Shown one piece after another: positions 11,921 through 58,514 of a DNA stretch of 64,000 nt (the first letter of the stretch is position 1; each line of letters opens with the position of its first letter). The notes beneath the pieces are model-generated. The model was not told the origin of the DNA. It ran no database searches and saw only the letters and a program-made list of their open reading frames with translations. Source of the stretch: Eledone cirrhosa (taxonomy: Eukaryota); assembly GCA_964016885.1 (NCBI GenBank), contig OZ024741.1:71486001-71550000 (forward strand), given 5' to 3'. Both the position numbers and the translations under genes were made by a program.

Positions 11921-13659
11921 CTAGCATTAAAGCCCGGCGTTGCTCGGGGTCATTAAGTTACCAAAGTTAGGTTGCAGCACTTTTTTGTCTGCCAGGCACT
12001 GGGTGAATGAATTGCAGACCTGGAAGCATGAGCTGCGCCAGCAGTGACAATTGTAGTTTCGCCTATGGATATTATCTCTGTGCAAAAAAGTGTTGAAATT
12101 TACTGTTTCACAGTACTTGCGCAACACGCGAGTAGACGATGCCAGCCGAACAACAGAGCTGCGATGGAGTTGTTCTGCATGGTTGTCTGTGTGTTTTCTA
12201 AATTTAAGACAGTAGGGAGGGTTGTGATATGAGGGAGAGTTGGCTGTTGTTTCTAGCAGGTTTAGTGACCTCATAGAGGATATGTGTTTTCTAAATTTAA
12301 GACAGTAGGGAGTGGTGTGATATGAGGGAGAGTTAGCTGCTGTTTCTAGCAGGTTTAGTGACCTCATAGAAGATATGTTTTCTAAATTTAAGACAGTAGG
12401 GAGTGGTGTGATATGAGGGAGAGTTAGCTGCTGTTTCTAGCAGGTTTAGTGACCTCATAGAAGATATGTTTTCTAAATTTAAGACAGTAGAGAGGGGTGT
12501 GATATGGGGGAGAGTTAGCTGCTGTTTCTAACAGGTTTAGTGACCTCATAGAGGATATGTTTTCTAAATTTAAGACAGTAGGGAGGGGTGTGATATGAGG
12601 GAGAGTTAGCTGCTGTTTCTAGCAGGTTTAGTGACCTCATAGAAGATATGTTTTCTAAATTTAAGACAGTAGGGAGGGGTATGATATGGGGGAGAGTTAG
12701 CTGCTGTTTCTAACAGGTTTAGTGACCTCATAGAGGATATGTGTTTTCTAAATTTAAGACAGTAGGGAGTGGTGTGATATGAGGGAGAGTTAGCTGCTGT
12801 TTCTAGCAGGTTTAGTGACCTCATAGAAGATATGTTTTCTAAATTTAAGACAGTAGAGAGGGGTGTGATATGGGGGAGAGTTAGCTGCTGTTTCTAGCAG
12901 GTTTAGTGACCTCATAGAGGATATGTTTTCTAAATTTAAGACAGTAGGGAGGGGTGTGATATGAGGGAGAGTTAGCTGCTGTTTCTAGCAGGTTTAGTGA
13001 CCTCATAGAAGATATGTTTTCTAAATTTAAGACAGTAGGGAGGGGTATGATATGGGGGAGAGTTAGCTGCTGTTTCTAGCAGGTTTAGTAACCTCATAGA
13101 GGATATGTGTTTTCTAAATTTAAGACAGTAGGGAGTGGTGTGATATGAGGGAGAGTTAGCTGCTGTTTCTAGCAGGTTTAGTGACCTCATAGAGGATATT
13201 ATTGTTTATCATCTATATATATAAAACTGACTGCACGCGTAACGAAATTTACAGATACATATATTTTAAATAAACTTATATAATTTTTGCTTTTTTTTAC
13301 GAAATATTTGCTTGTTTTACGTAGTCTTTAAATAGACTTGTTTTCAAGTAAAAATTATTGTGTTAATGTCATTTTAAACGCTGAGAAAGCCAGCGTAATT
13401 TTTTTAATTTTTACACGCAGACGCTCAATGTAAACAGAACAAAGGGAAATAACTGATCACTTACGCTCAAAAATCGATACATTATATTCGATTTCGTCAG
13501 ATAGGGCGGGTCAATTTGAAATATTTTTTTTCCGGTGTCTTCGCTAGGGCTCAATGTACAAGTATAGCAATTTCGGTGCAATTCCGTGAGAGATTCTAAG
13601 AGGAGATGTGTGCCAAAAATCGATAGACAGACAGACAACCACAGTTTTATATATATAGA
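11921..13659 (-). mobile_element. non-autonomous Helitron nested in the larger Helitron
   Basis: Minus-strand 5' A|TCTATATATATAAAACTG at 13659; 3' hairpin CCCGAGC-AAC-GCCGGG and CTAG|T at 11921; the flanks rejoin to the uninterrupted unit seen near 11500 (TATTTATTTA|TTA.TTTTACACAC), with no TSD. Confidence 0.88.
12190..13199. repeat. 91/93-bp tandem array, 11 units
   Basis: CTAAATTTAAGAC at 12198, 12291, 12382, 12473, 12564, 12655, 12748, 12839, 12930, 13021, 13114. Confidence 0.96.
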
Positions 13660-14438
13660 TTACTTTTACACACTTTTTAACTCACCTGCTTCCTTAACGT
13701 TATTTATCTTTTCTTTATTTTTTGTTCTCTATTCCGTAGAAAGAGGGGGGGGTGAGAGAGAGAGTAATGGGATGGGAGAGAGAGAGGGAAAGTAGCAAGG
13801 GTTCATTAACTTTTATTTATTTTTTATTTTTTACACACTTCTTAACTCTCCCAATGTTATTTATCTTTTATTTATTTTTTGTTTGCTATTGTGTAAGGAT
13901 GAGAGAGAGAAAGAAAGAGAGATGAGAAAGAGAAAGGGAGTGAGGCGGATGGGGAGAAAAAGACAATAAGAAAAGAGAAAAGATGGGAGAGAGAAAAAAA
14001 GTAAAGAGGCAGGAGAGAGGGAGGGTGATTGGAGGGATTCTTTATATAACGTGTGTCTGCGTTTATATATATATTTACACACACGTGTGTTATGGGGGAG
14101 GGGGTGGGGGCGTTCTTTAGCAGACGATATATGTTACCATCAAAGCTTATTTTTTACATATGTCTACATATGTAGTGTTTGTCGTTTTGTTTTAATACAA
14201 TCTGAAATCCCAATATTTTCTACATATGTCTAAAATTAATTACACCTAATATACATTCATATAAAGAGATCATTTAAAACAACTTTACTGAGTGAACAAT
14301 ACATTCTATAGTTGTTTCTATTTCGGAAAGAGTGTGGTGTGTAATAATTGTTTCTACTTTTGGTACAAGGCCAGCAATTATTCCAGTGCATTACTGGTAC
14401 TTTATTTTATCGTGTGGTATGTAATAATATCACTTCAA

Positions 14439-17400
14439 ATGCCTAGAAAATGTTCCAGATCATTATATGGAAGGTCATCTTCAGAGGCTAAGAGAAAGAA
14501 AACACAGCGATCTGAAGAAAGTGAAGAAGTTCGGCATGCTTGTCTAGCTGCTAACAGAGCCCAAACAGCTTTAGCACGAGCACACCATTTGGATGAAAGG
14601 GAACAAAGGACTGCTGCTACACGAGAACAACAAATTAAGGAACAGCAGCAAATCAGACGAAATGATAATCAAGCACATCGTTCTACTGCCTGAGCAGGAG
14701 AACAAGCCACAAGTAAAATGAACTGGCTAATGGGTGCTTTTTCTTATGACCCCCAAAAGGACTACACCAGTAATCCACAAATCAACATTGAGAAAATGAA
14801 CAAATGCTGCCAGTATTGTGGTGCCAAGAAGTGGGAAGCAGAAACACCAAGTCTATGCTGCTCAAAAGGCAAAGTGAGCCTTAAAACAATACAAGAACCT
14901 CCTGAATTTCTGAAAAATCTGCTCCTTCAGAATACACCAGAAGCACGACACTTCAATAAATACATCATAAAATAGAATTCTGCTTTTCAAATGACATCTT
15001 TTGGGGCTGACAGGAATGTGACTGACTTTAGATTCTGTACAACTTGTAAAATTCAGGGACAGTGTTACCACTTAATGGGTGGCCTTCTGCTACTTTCACA
15101 GGAGCCTCACAAATTTGTGCAGGTTTACTTCATGGGTGCAAATGAAACACAGGCACAACAAAGATGTACCAATGTCCATGGTGGATTGCAGTTCTACATA
15201 GTCATAAAGTTACAAGAAATGCTTCACCAACATCACATGTATGTCAATGTATTTAAATATGCACTGGAGCATATGAACATCACCAGAGATCGTAAAATTA
15301 TCATTAGGGCAGACAAACGCCCAGATTCAGAACATGAACGCAGATTCAATGCACCTGTCACTGATGAAGTTGCAATCATAATTGTTGATGAACAGCATGA
15401 ACGACGTGACATTGTTTTGCAAAAACAAAGTAGACATTTGGAGCGAATTTGTGAAACTCATAGAGCCTATGATTCACTCCAATATCTGCTCATCTTTTGG
15501 AATAGTCAAGATGGATATCATTTTCAGCTACGGCATATCAGCTCAGGAACAGGACAAGAAACTGGCCGATCAATCTGCTGCAAAGAATTCTATGCTTATC
15601 ATTTCATGGTACGTGACCACTTCAACCAAGTTCTGCGATTCAAAGAAGTAACCAGCCAGTTCATGGTGGACATGTATGCCAAAATTGAAACAGAAAGATT
15701 GGGTTTTCTGCGAAGGAATCAAACTAAGTTGGCGGCAGTTAACTACATCCACCTTAGAGATGCCAGCAATTCTGATGTTGACCCAAGAAATATTGGCCAA
15801 CCAGTCATACTACCATTAAGCTTCACGGGAGGACCACGTTACATGCATGAACGTACGCAAGATGCAATGGCCGATGTCAGAAAATTTGGTCGGCCAGATC
15901 TCTTCATTACATTTACATGCAATTCAAACTGGTCAGAAATATCAAATGAATTATTTCAAAATCAAAAACCAAAGGATCGACATGATCTCATTGCTCGGGT
16001 TTTCCATGAAAAGCAAAAAAAACCTCATCTGGCTCCTAAAAGAAGGAAGAATCTTTGGTGAGCTTAGTGCTTGGATGACCACTATTGAGTGGCAGAAGAG
16101 AGGTCTTCCTCACTCTCACACACTAATCTGGTGCAAGAAGATAAGACCAGATGATGTTAAGATCATTTCAGCAGAGTTGCCTGATAAAGGTGGTGATCCA
16201 GAGCTCTTTGAAACAATCAAGTCCAAACTCATTCATGGTCCATGTGGAGTCATCAATCCAGCCTCTCCCTGCATGAAAGATCAAAAATGCAGCATACATT
16301 ATCCTAGAGCTTTTATTCGGGAAACTCGGACTGACAATAATGGATACCCCCTTTATCGTAGGTGTAGACCAGAACATGGAGGCAATACTGCAAGCCTAAC
16401 AGTTCGAGGAGAGGAGCTGACCATAAATAATCAGTGGGTCGTCCCACACAACAAATTGTTGTGTAAACTTTTAAAAGCTCATATCAATGTTGAGTATTGC
16501 AGCTCCATCAAGGCAATCCTATATGTCACAAAATATATCAACAAGGGCAGTGACATGGCTACATTTATTACTGACAAAGAACTCAATGGTGGGCTGGATG
16601 AGGTCAAACTGTATCAAACAGGTTGATACATCTCCAGCAATGAAGCTATCTGGCGAATCTTTGGATTTTATATCCACCAACGCCACCCAACAGTGGTCAA
16701 CCTCGCAGTCCATCTGGAACATGGACAGAGAGTGTACTTTACTGAGATCACTGCTCATCAGTTGGCACAAGCATCACATGACACTACACTAACTGCATTC
16801 TTTAAACTCTGCCAGAATGATGAATTTGCTCGATCCCTCCTATATGCTGAGGTCCCAACATACTACACCTGGACCAATTGCAAGACCTGGAATCGAAGAA
16901 AGCAGGGTTATTTAGTGGAAGATCATGAAGTCAAGTCAAGTGATGCTATTGGGCGCGTTTACAATGTCCATCCCAACAGAGAATGTTTTTATTTACGGCT
17001 ACTTCTGCATACTGTTCGAGGACCAATGTCATTGGAGGATCTTAGGTGTTTCAGAGGAAGGGAGTGCACAACATACCAAGAAGCATGCAAACAGCATGGA
17101 TTCCTGCATGACAATGGACAATGGAAGAAGTGCCTCGAAGAAGCAGCAATCACTCAAGTAGCCAGTCAAATAAGACAATTATTTGCTATTATGCTCACAG
17201 CATGTGGAATTGATGAAGCTCATCTACTCTGGCAGGATTACAAAAACAATATGTCGGACGACTATCTACACCTAGCCCGAAGACATCATGGCAATATGTA
17301 TATGGAATATACCCCCAGGATTTACAATCAAGCTCTCTGTGACCTGTCCCATCGAGTTCACGCAATGAATAGCACATTAGCTAACTGCGGGATGCCAGAT

Positions 17401-17704
17401 GTAGAAATGGAGGTAGCACAAGACATTTTTCAGGAGACAAACTACGATATTCAAGCATTGCGTAAGTTTGTGGATGAAAATGAACCCCAATTGATGGAAA
17501 ACCAGAAATACGCCTACCACATCCTCATCGAAAACATTCAAAATGACAGGGGAGGACTTTTCTTCATTGATGCTGGCAGATCCTGTCTATTCACATAGTC
17601 AACTCTATGTTGGCACAACAAGGGTTGGGAATCCTGATTGTCTCCTCATTGTGGCACCACAGGGCAAAACCAAGAATGTTGTTTATCCAGAGGCTTTGGA
17701 ATGA
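14439..17704 (+). pseudogene. Helitron RepHel pseudogene (Zn finger + HUH Rep; PIF1 helicase core deleted)
   Basis: CQYCGAKKW..CC, PDLFITFTCN, EWQKRGLPHSHTLIW (HUH), YVTKYINKG, GGLFFIDA then LADPVYSHSQLYVGTTRV..TKNVVYPEALE*; stops at 14691, 14973 and 16624, frameshift in the A-run near 16015-16022. Confidence 0.93.
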
Positions 17705-18701
17705 GCAATGTCGTAATTCCTCATTCAATGACAATACACACACATCCTAATTCCTTAGTCATGTAGTTTGCAAGGAATTCTGAAGCCGCAAATTTACTGC
17801 ATGGTGTTATTTTGGAAGAATATGCAGGCATTCCTGGGTACCTCTGCTATATAAAGTAGTATAAGTGAGGACTTTGTTGGGTAGAAATAACAGCCAAATT
17901 TCCTTCAAATCCCACCTTACTTTCTCAGGTATGTATATATGTATGAAGCAAAAAGGAATGGTTCTATGTGATAACTCGATCTACTAGAAATATTAGCAAA
18001 ATCCATTTCAAATCACAAACAACTGTCTTACACACATACATGTGTGTGTATGTATCTATGTATGTCATGTGAGACACTATAACTGTTGGTATAGCTAATA
18101 GAAATAGAAAACACATCTCTCTCAAACATAGAGGCAAAGATTGGTGAAAGCTACAGTGTACAAATTTAAATACACTTTCCCCGAATTACAGAAATGAGTA
18201 AGTAAATGCTTCATTCAATCATAAACCAATGCTAAATTTATTATCTTATTTTATTTATGGTTTTTAAAATAGTCTTTACATGTTGTTTGAATTTCAGAGG
18301 TTCAGAATGAGCAAAAAAAAAAAAAAAAAAGAAAGAAAGAAAAGGATAAATAAAAAAAATCTAAATGTATTTTTTTGGTCATGCCCTTTTCACTGACAAC
18401 ATACGTAATGATTCATCTATGAGTAAAGCATTATCTATACTGACTGTAATAGGGAGCAGTATTCAAAAAATCACCACTGGAAAAAATTAATATTTTTATC
18501 TAGATGATTTACTTTGACCAAACGGCAATAAATATTCTGCTATAATTCCTACTTTGGTTAAAATACAGCAATCATATTTGAATGGTCAAATATTTTGTAA
18601 CTTTCATAAAATACCCAGGTATCACCGGGTAGCTCAGCTAGTATGTAATAAAGTTTACAAGAAGCTGCAATTCTTATTGTCATTATATATATATAAAGTT
18701 A

Positions 18702-18881
18702 GGCGGTGAATTGGCAGTATCGGTAGAGGGTCGGACACCATGCTTTGACGCATAGAGTTACATTCTGAGTTCAAATCCCGCCGAGGTTAACTTTGCCTTT
18801 CTTCCTTATGGGGGTCGATTAAATAAAGTACCAGTAATGTACTGGGTAATTGCTGGCCTTGTGCCAATAGTAGAAACAATT
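18702..18881 (+). mobile_element. tRNA-derived SINE with Nin-like central domain
   Basis: GGCGGTGAATTGGCAG head, B-box GAGTTCAAATCC, GCCTTTC.TCCTT..GGGGTCGAT..AATAAAGTACCAG core; TSD TTATATATATATAAAGTT. Other copies at about 10735-10875, 11563-11830 and 57051-57239 (+). Confidence 0.85.
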
Positions 18882-19739
18882 ATATATATATAAAGTTGAT
18901 CTTTAAAGGGACATGACTTTGTGGGTAACTTAGCCACTTGGAGACCTGTGCACTAAACAAAATATTGAAAGCCTTGAAAGTGTCTGTCCACCACGGGCGT
19001 AGTCCAATGAGTAAAACCAATAAAAAACAAAAAGACATTTGTGTCCCTGATAAAAATAGGAAAAAAATGACCTTACTGAGAAGGTACAAACTGCTACGTA
19101 TTTGTAGCTGATTTAGTATGGCATTTGATAGCAATTACAACACATGAACTGCTCTCCTAGTGTCCCAGATAGTGACACTCCCATATAAGGAACCATAAAA
19201 CAGATAGCCTACAAAATGACTTCCACTTCCAACAATAGAATAAGCTGTTGCGTATAAATGGACCAGATTTTTAAAGGATATTTATGGATACTCATAACTA
19301 AGTCTTTATCATTATCAGTAACTTTCAAATTTTGAATAAATTACTGATAACATTTCACCTTCAGTCAGATTTCTGCAAAATAATATTTTGTTAGTTAAAC
19401 AGGTGTGCATATACATATAATTTGTTTTAACACAGACACAAGGCCAGTAGTTTGGGGAAGGGGAATGTTGATTATATCAACCCCAGTAGTTAAATGATAC
19501 TTTATATTATCTTACAGGGTTCCACACAATTTCACTCACAAGAAATGGGTCTGGCCGAGACTATGGTAAATGATACTTGCTCAAGATGACATGCAGTGGG
19601 ATCGAACCTGGAACCAAATGATTGTGAAGCAAACATTTTAACCATTCTGTATCTTCTCTCTCTCTCACTCTATATATATATATATATAACCCTTGCTAGC
19701 AGGGAAATCGGACATTAAAATGACAATGATATATATATG

Positions 19740-19926
19740 CAGTGAAATTCCGTTATAACAAAATTCACGGGTATAAAAAAAATTTGCTGTAACGAAGAAT
19801 TCTTTATAACAAGATCGACGGAAACAAATCAAGCATTTGTTTGTTACTAACTCGGGGATTGAAAAACATTCCGTTAAACTGCAAAAATTTGTTATAATGG
19901 TATTCGTCATAACAGAATTTTACCTG
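19740..19926. mobile_element. pogo/Tigger-like MITE
   Basis: TIRs CAGTGAAATTCCGTTATAACAAA / TTCGTCATAACAGAATTTTACCTG with internal subterminal repeats. Confidence 0.65.
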
Positions 19927-22209
19927 CATTATATTTACCGAGAAGATTTGAAAAATATTTTCTATAGTTTGGCTGCTCTTGAATTACTCACTCAACAAGA
20001 AATAGTTTGAATGCATACACAAGTCAACCGTACTCAAAGTGCTAACTAAATGTATAATGGAGCATATAAATATACATAATCTGGTAGTAGAAGCCCGTCA
20101 TAAGGTTGTGAGTTCAATTCCCAATGACACATATCCTTGAGCAAGACATTTTATTTCACATTGCTCCAGTGTACTCAGCTTGCAAAAATGAATTGTACCT
20201 GTAATTCAAAAAGCCAGTTTTGTCACTGAATCCCCTTGAAAACTACATTAAGGATGCACATGTCTGTGGAATGCTCAGCCACTTGCATGTTAATTTCATG
20301 AGAAGGCAGTTCCATTGATTCAATCAACTGGAACACTCATTGTCGGAAACAACGGAGGTCCAACAACATAAATGATGCTATTCCATAACCATAATTCTTT
20401 TACTAAGAGACCATCTGATGGAATGTATTCTGGTTACAGGCTTTCATTCGGACAATCCTTGGTTCATTGCCTTTCTAATGGTGGCAGTGACAGAGAAGCA
20501 TCTGTTATCCTCATCATTTAACATGTTTTTTCCCTGTTAGCAAGGTTTAGACGTGTCACAAACTGGTCAGTACTCAAGCAGAGCTTCTGATTTCCCGCTC
20601 AACCAAGTGCTTATTACCATGGCACCAACACTATGGAAGTTGTCATGTTTTTGGCATAGCTGAAGTGTCTTCCCAACCCTTGTTTGGAAAGTTTTCTACA
20701 GCTGGATGTCCTTCCTACTACCAACAATTTTACAAACTATAGTGAGTGTGAAGCATGAAACGAAGATACGGAATAGTATTCTACATAACATATTGAATAC
20801 TCTCTATGAAGCTATTTGAAAATAGGGGGGGGGGGGTATTAGAGGCTGGACCAGCATCTGTTGTAAAATCTATTCCACTAAATAGAAAAGTTTATTGAAA
20901 ATCAATAAATATATAAAAATGAAAAAGGATGAAAGTAAGGGTACAAGGGAGGGTGAGGCAGACTATACTCGTCTGTGCAGTATATCTCAGTTGCATCCCA
21001 GATTGACACAGGACCAAGTTGATTAGCGATATGCCCTAATACAAAAATCCTGTCCACCTATACAAGCACTGTAACACAAAAGTAAATGTTGGCAATTGGA
21101 GATAATATAGGGTTTCTGAGGATTATTCAGTTTAGATGAGCAACCTCTCTAGTTCTGGTGCTACAGTAAAGTACACTCAGTAAACCCTGCACGGGTTAGT
21201 GGTGGGGCTATGAAGAATGCGTCCAGTACATTCTGTAAAGTAGTAGCAGTGATGCCACGAAAAAATGCACCCAGTACACTCTGTAAGATGGTTGGTATTA
21301 GGGAGGGCATCCACTCATAGAAACCATGACAAATATGGAATGTATATGCAATATGGGTCACTCTGACTTGTCTGGTCTTGGACTGTGACAACTCGTGAAA
21401 CTTATACCAGCATGGAAAGTGGATATAAAATGATACATAATCATTTAACGTTTGGTTTCCTTCAAGAAAAAGTTGGATGGGTCTTCACAGACTGAGTCAG
21501 TATTCAAGCAGAACTACTGACCTTTTATTAGTAAGCAAGTAATGTAACATACTTATGTTGGAAAATTTTCATTTAAATAGGAACCTTTTAAAATGGGTGT
21601 TTTTTCTTAACATCAATATTTCCATGCTGGCATGGGTTAGATGGGTCATCACCATGGACATACTATATATATATTTATATATTTGTGTGTGTGGCAGGGC
21701 AATATAAGTATGTCCCGTGTTTGTGTCATTGTTTATATCCTGTAGCTTAGCAGCTCAATGAAAAGAGATGGATAAATAAGTACCAGGCTTGAAAAAAATA
21801 AGGGTTGATATGATCATCTTTTGGTGGCTCCCCAGCATGATTGCAGTCTAATTACTAAAATAAGTAAAAGAACATATGTACATAAGTATGTATACATTAA
21901 GCTCAGTATTCAGCCCACACTGAAATGTGATATTGCATGTGTCAATAAAATACACCCAGTCCAACCCGTCAGGTGGTGGTAGTGATGTCACAAGAAAATG
22001 ACCTTGGTACATGCCGAGAGGGCATCCAGTTGTAGAAAGCATGCTAAAATGGGACACATGAGCTGCCTGTCTAACCTCAAAACGTGACAACCCATGTGCA
22101 AGAAAGGAAAATGATAATGATGATATGTATGTTTGTATACACTATAATATTAAGGTAAAATACAAGGAAAAATAAGAATAAAAACAAATCTCACAACTTT
22201 TAATAAAAA

Positions 22210-22215
22210 TTTATT
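22210..22215 (-). terminator. candidate PRPF3 polyadenylation signal
   Basis: AATAAA on minus followed by a GT/T-rich tract, about 660 nt past the stop; other AATAAA candidates near 22552 and 22609. Confidence 0.45.
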
Positions 22216-22871
22216 TTGTGTTTCAATGAAGATTTTTTTTCAGCTTTTTGTTTGTTTCCCTCTTTTTTCCCTACTTTTAATACAAAGGTTTTTCGTTGCA
22301 TTCATTCAAGTCAAATCACTTTGTCATTTAAGTCTTCCAAATTCATTAACTCTTTTCTTGACATTTCTTTCCAGAATCACACCCAAACTCTTAACTCTGG
22401 AATACATTTGCTGCTTGGCCAGTTGTTTCCATTCAATTTTTTGTCTCCTTTTCCTTTCCTTCCTTGCAACTCAGTCTCCAATTCCAAAACATTATACATT
22501 TATAATTTTAAACAAAACAAACCTGAACAGACTTGATAACATCTGCTTCATTTTATTTTTTTAAAGAAAATTATTGCTTTCATTTTACTTTAAATTTTCT
22601 AATAGCTTTTTATTATTACTATTATATTATCGTCATCATTGTTATTCTTCTTATTTTTTGGTTGGTAAAAGAAGAGAGACACTAGATTTTCTGAAAGCAG
22701 ATTTGAGAACAAGACATACTGCTTGGTCTCTCTTCTTCTAAAGCACTGAGTTTGCAAGATGGTGACTTTGATAGTCAGTGGCCTAAACTGTTACAGCATC
22801 AACAACTTTGGAACAGTATGAATTGCCAGTAGTAGTAGTAATGGTAGTACTAGATGACTGTATTTACAGTG

Positions 22872-56944
<34,073 letters not shown>

Positions 56945-57717
56945 TTTGTACTGATCTGTAATGTTGCAACAGAAACATGTGGTAATAAAATTGAAATGAA
57001 TTAAATTATGTAAGTATATGCATTCAAAATATTATGTAAATATATGCATAGGGTGGTGAATTGGCAGTATCGGTAGAGGGTCAGATGCCATGCTTTCTAG
57101 CATAGTTATGTCCCTTTATGATCTGAGTTCAAATCCCGCCGTGGTTAACTTTGCCTTTCATCCTTACGGGGTCGATAAAATAAAATACCAGTATTGTACT
57201 GAGTAATTGTTGGCCTTGTGCCAAAAAGTAGAAACAATTATGTAAATATATGCATTAAAATTATTTTTTTGATGAACTGATATTAGTCATGGATATCCAA
57301 ATCTGTCAAAATACAGAAATATATATATTTATGTTCAGTATACAGGTGTATATGGGCCTATAAACAATTTGGAATGGGCCTCCATTAGTTTCAATGGTGA
57401 ATGTTCTTGTCGTTTGATCAATTTGCTCCTGAAATTAACATGCAAGTGGTTGAGCATTCTACAGACATATGCATGACAAATATAGTTAATCCAATGCACT
57501 TCTAAATTGTTTCTGCCTACCCAATTTCACTCAAAGTATGGGTTGACATAAGGTTATGATAAATGACACTTGCCCAAGATGCCATAGAGTGGGATCAAAC
57601 CCAGGACCTAATTATTACAAAGCAAACTTCTTAACCATTCAACTGCACTGTCGACAAACCCATATATTAATACAATATGTTTATGGAAATTAACAATACA
57701 TATAGTCTTGCTGGGAA

Positions 57718-58045
57718 GGGGTGTAGCTTAGTGGTTAGACCATTGGATTCACAATCGTGAAGTTGTGAGTTCAATTCCTGTACTGGAGATGCGCTGTGTT
57801 CTTGAGCAAGACACTTTTCACTTTGTTCCAGTTCACTAGGTTGTAAAAATGAGTTGTGACATCACCGATGCCAAGCTGTATTGGTCTTTACCTTTTCCCT
57901 TGGACAACATTGGTGGCATGGGGAGGGGTGACTCACATGCATGGCTTCTACAAAAACACCTTGCCCAAACTTGTACCTTGGGAAGGAAACTTCTTTTCTA
58001 GGTGCAAATCCCATGGTCATTCGTGATTGAAGGGGGTCTTTACTC
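57718..58045 (+). mobile_element. second CORE-type SINE family with a different 3' tail
   Basis: tRNA head + CORE, then GCCAAGCTGTAT..CCTTGGACAAC..GGTGCAAA..GGTCATTC tail shared with about 24040-24290 and 61700-61860 (-). Confidence 0.65.
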
Positions 58046-58514
58046 TTACCCTTGCTGTATTTTAAGCTGCTATCATATCACAGCTATGTTAATACCAGTC
58101 TATACATGTTTACAAAATCTAAGACTTTCAAATCTTCCATAACCCAGTATCAGAGAAAGTAAGCATTGCAGATGAAGGATAAAAAGTCCTGAAGTACATC
58201 TATACGGTGCTCTTACATGGATGGGCTCTGAGATAGCTGTGATACGATCACAGCTTAAAATTCTTACAGCCTTTATTTCTGAATCACCGTATTACTTATC
58301 GCTAATTTATATACAAAGTATATAGAATGCCATAAGCTACTTCAGTTGTCCATGGGTAGAGAATTTGTGTCTTGGCGCTGTTGAATGAAACTAGGCTGTC
58401 ATGTAACCACAGAAATATGTTTACAAGATCTTTGTTTATAGAAGTATAATGGATATAATACAAAATGTCTGGTTTATGTTCAAAAGGTTAGCAAGCAGCC
58501 TACTTTTTTTCACC

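Larger units (their letters stand above)
11003..18641 (+). mobile_element. Helitron (decayed autonomous element)
   Basis: 5' A|TCTATATCTATATAAATG; 3' hairpin TACCCAGGT-ATC-ACCGGGTA then CTAG|T (18638-18641); contains the RepHel pseudogene. Pairing of these two termini is inferred. Confidence 0.7.

Noticed and set aside
12190-13199. Regular array as a CRISPR locus; ORFs 11927-12367, 12606-12824, 12972-13190
   Set aside because: Units are contiguous near-identical repeats with no unique spacers and no cas genes, in a eukaryotic context; the ORFs are repeat translations.
22216-22564. Overlapping 106- and 112-aa plus-strand ORFs
   Set aside because: F/L/S-rich translations of T-rich DNA antisense to the probable PRPF3 3'UTR.
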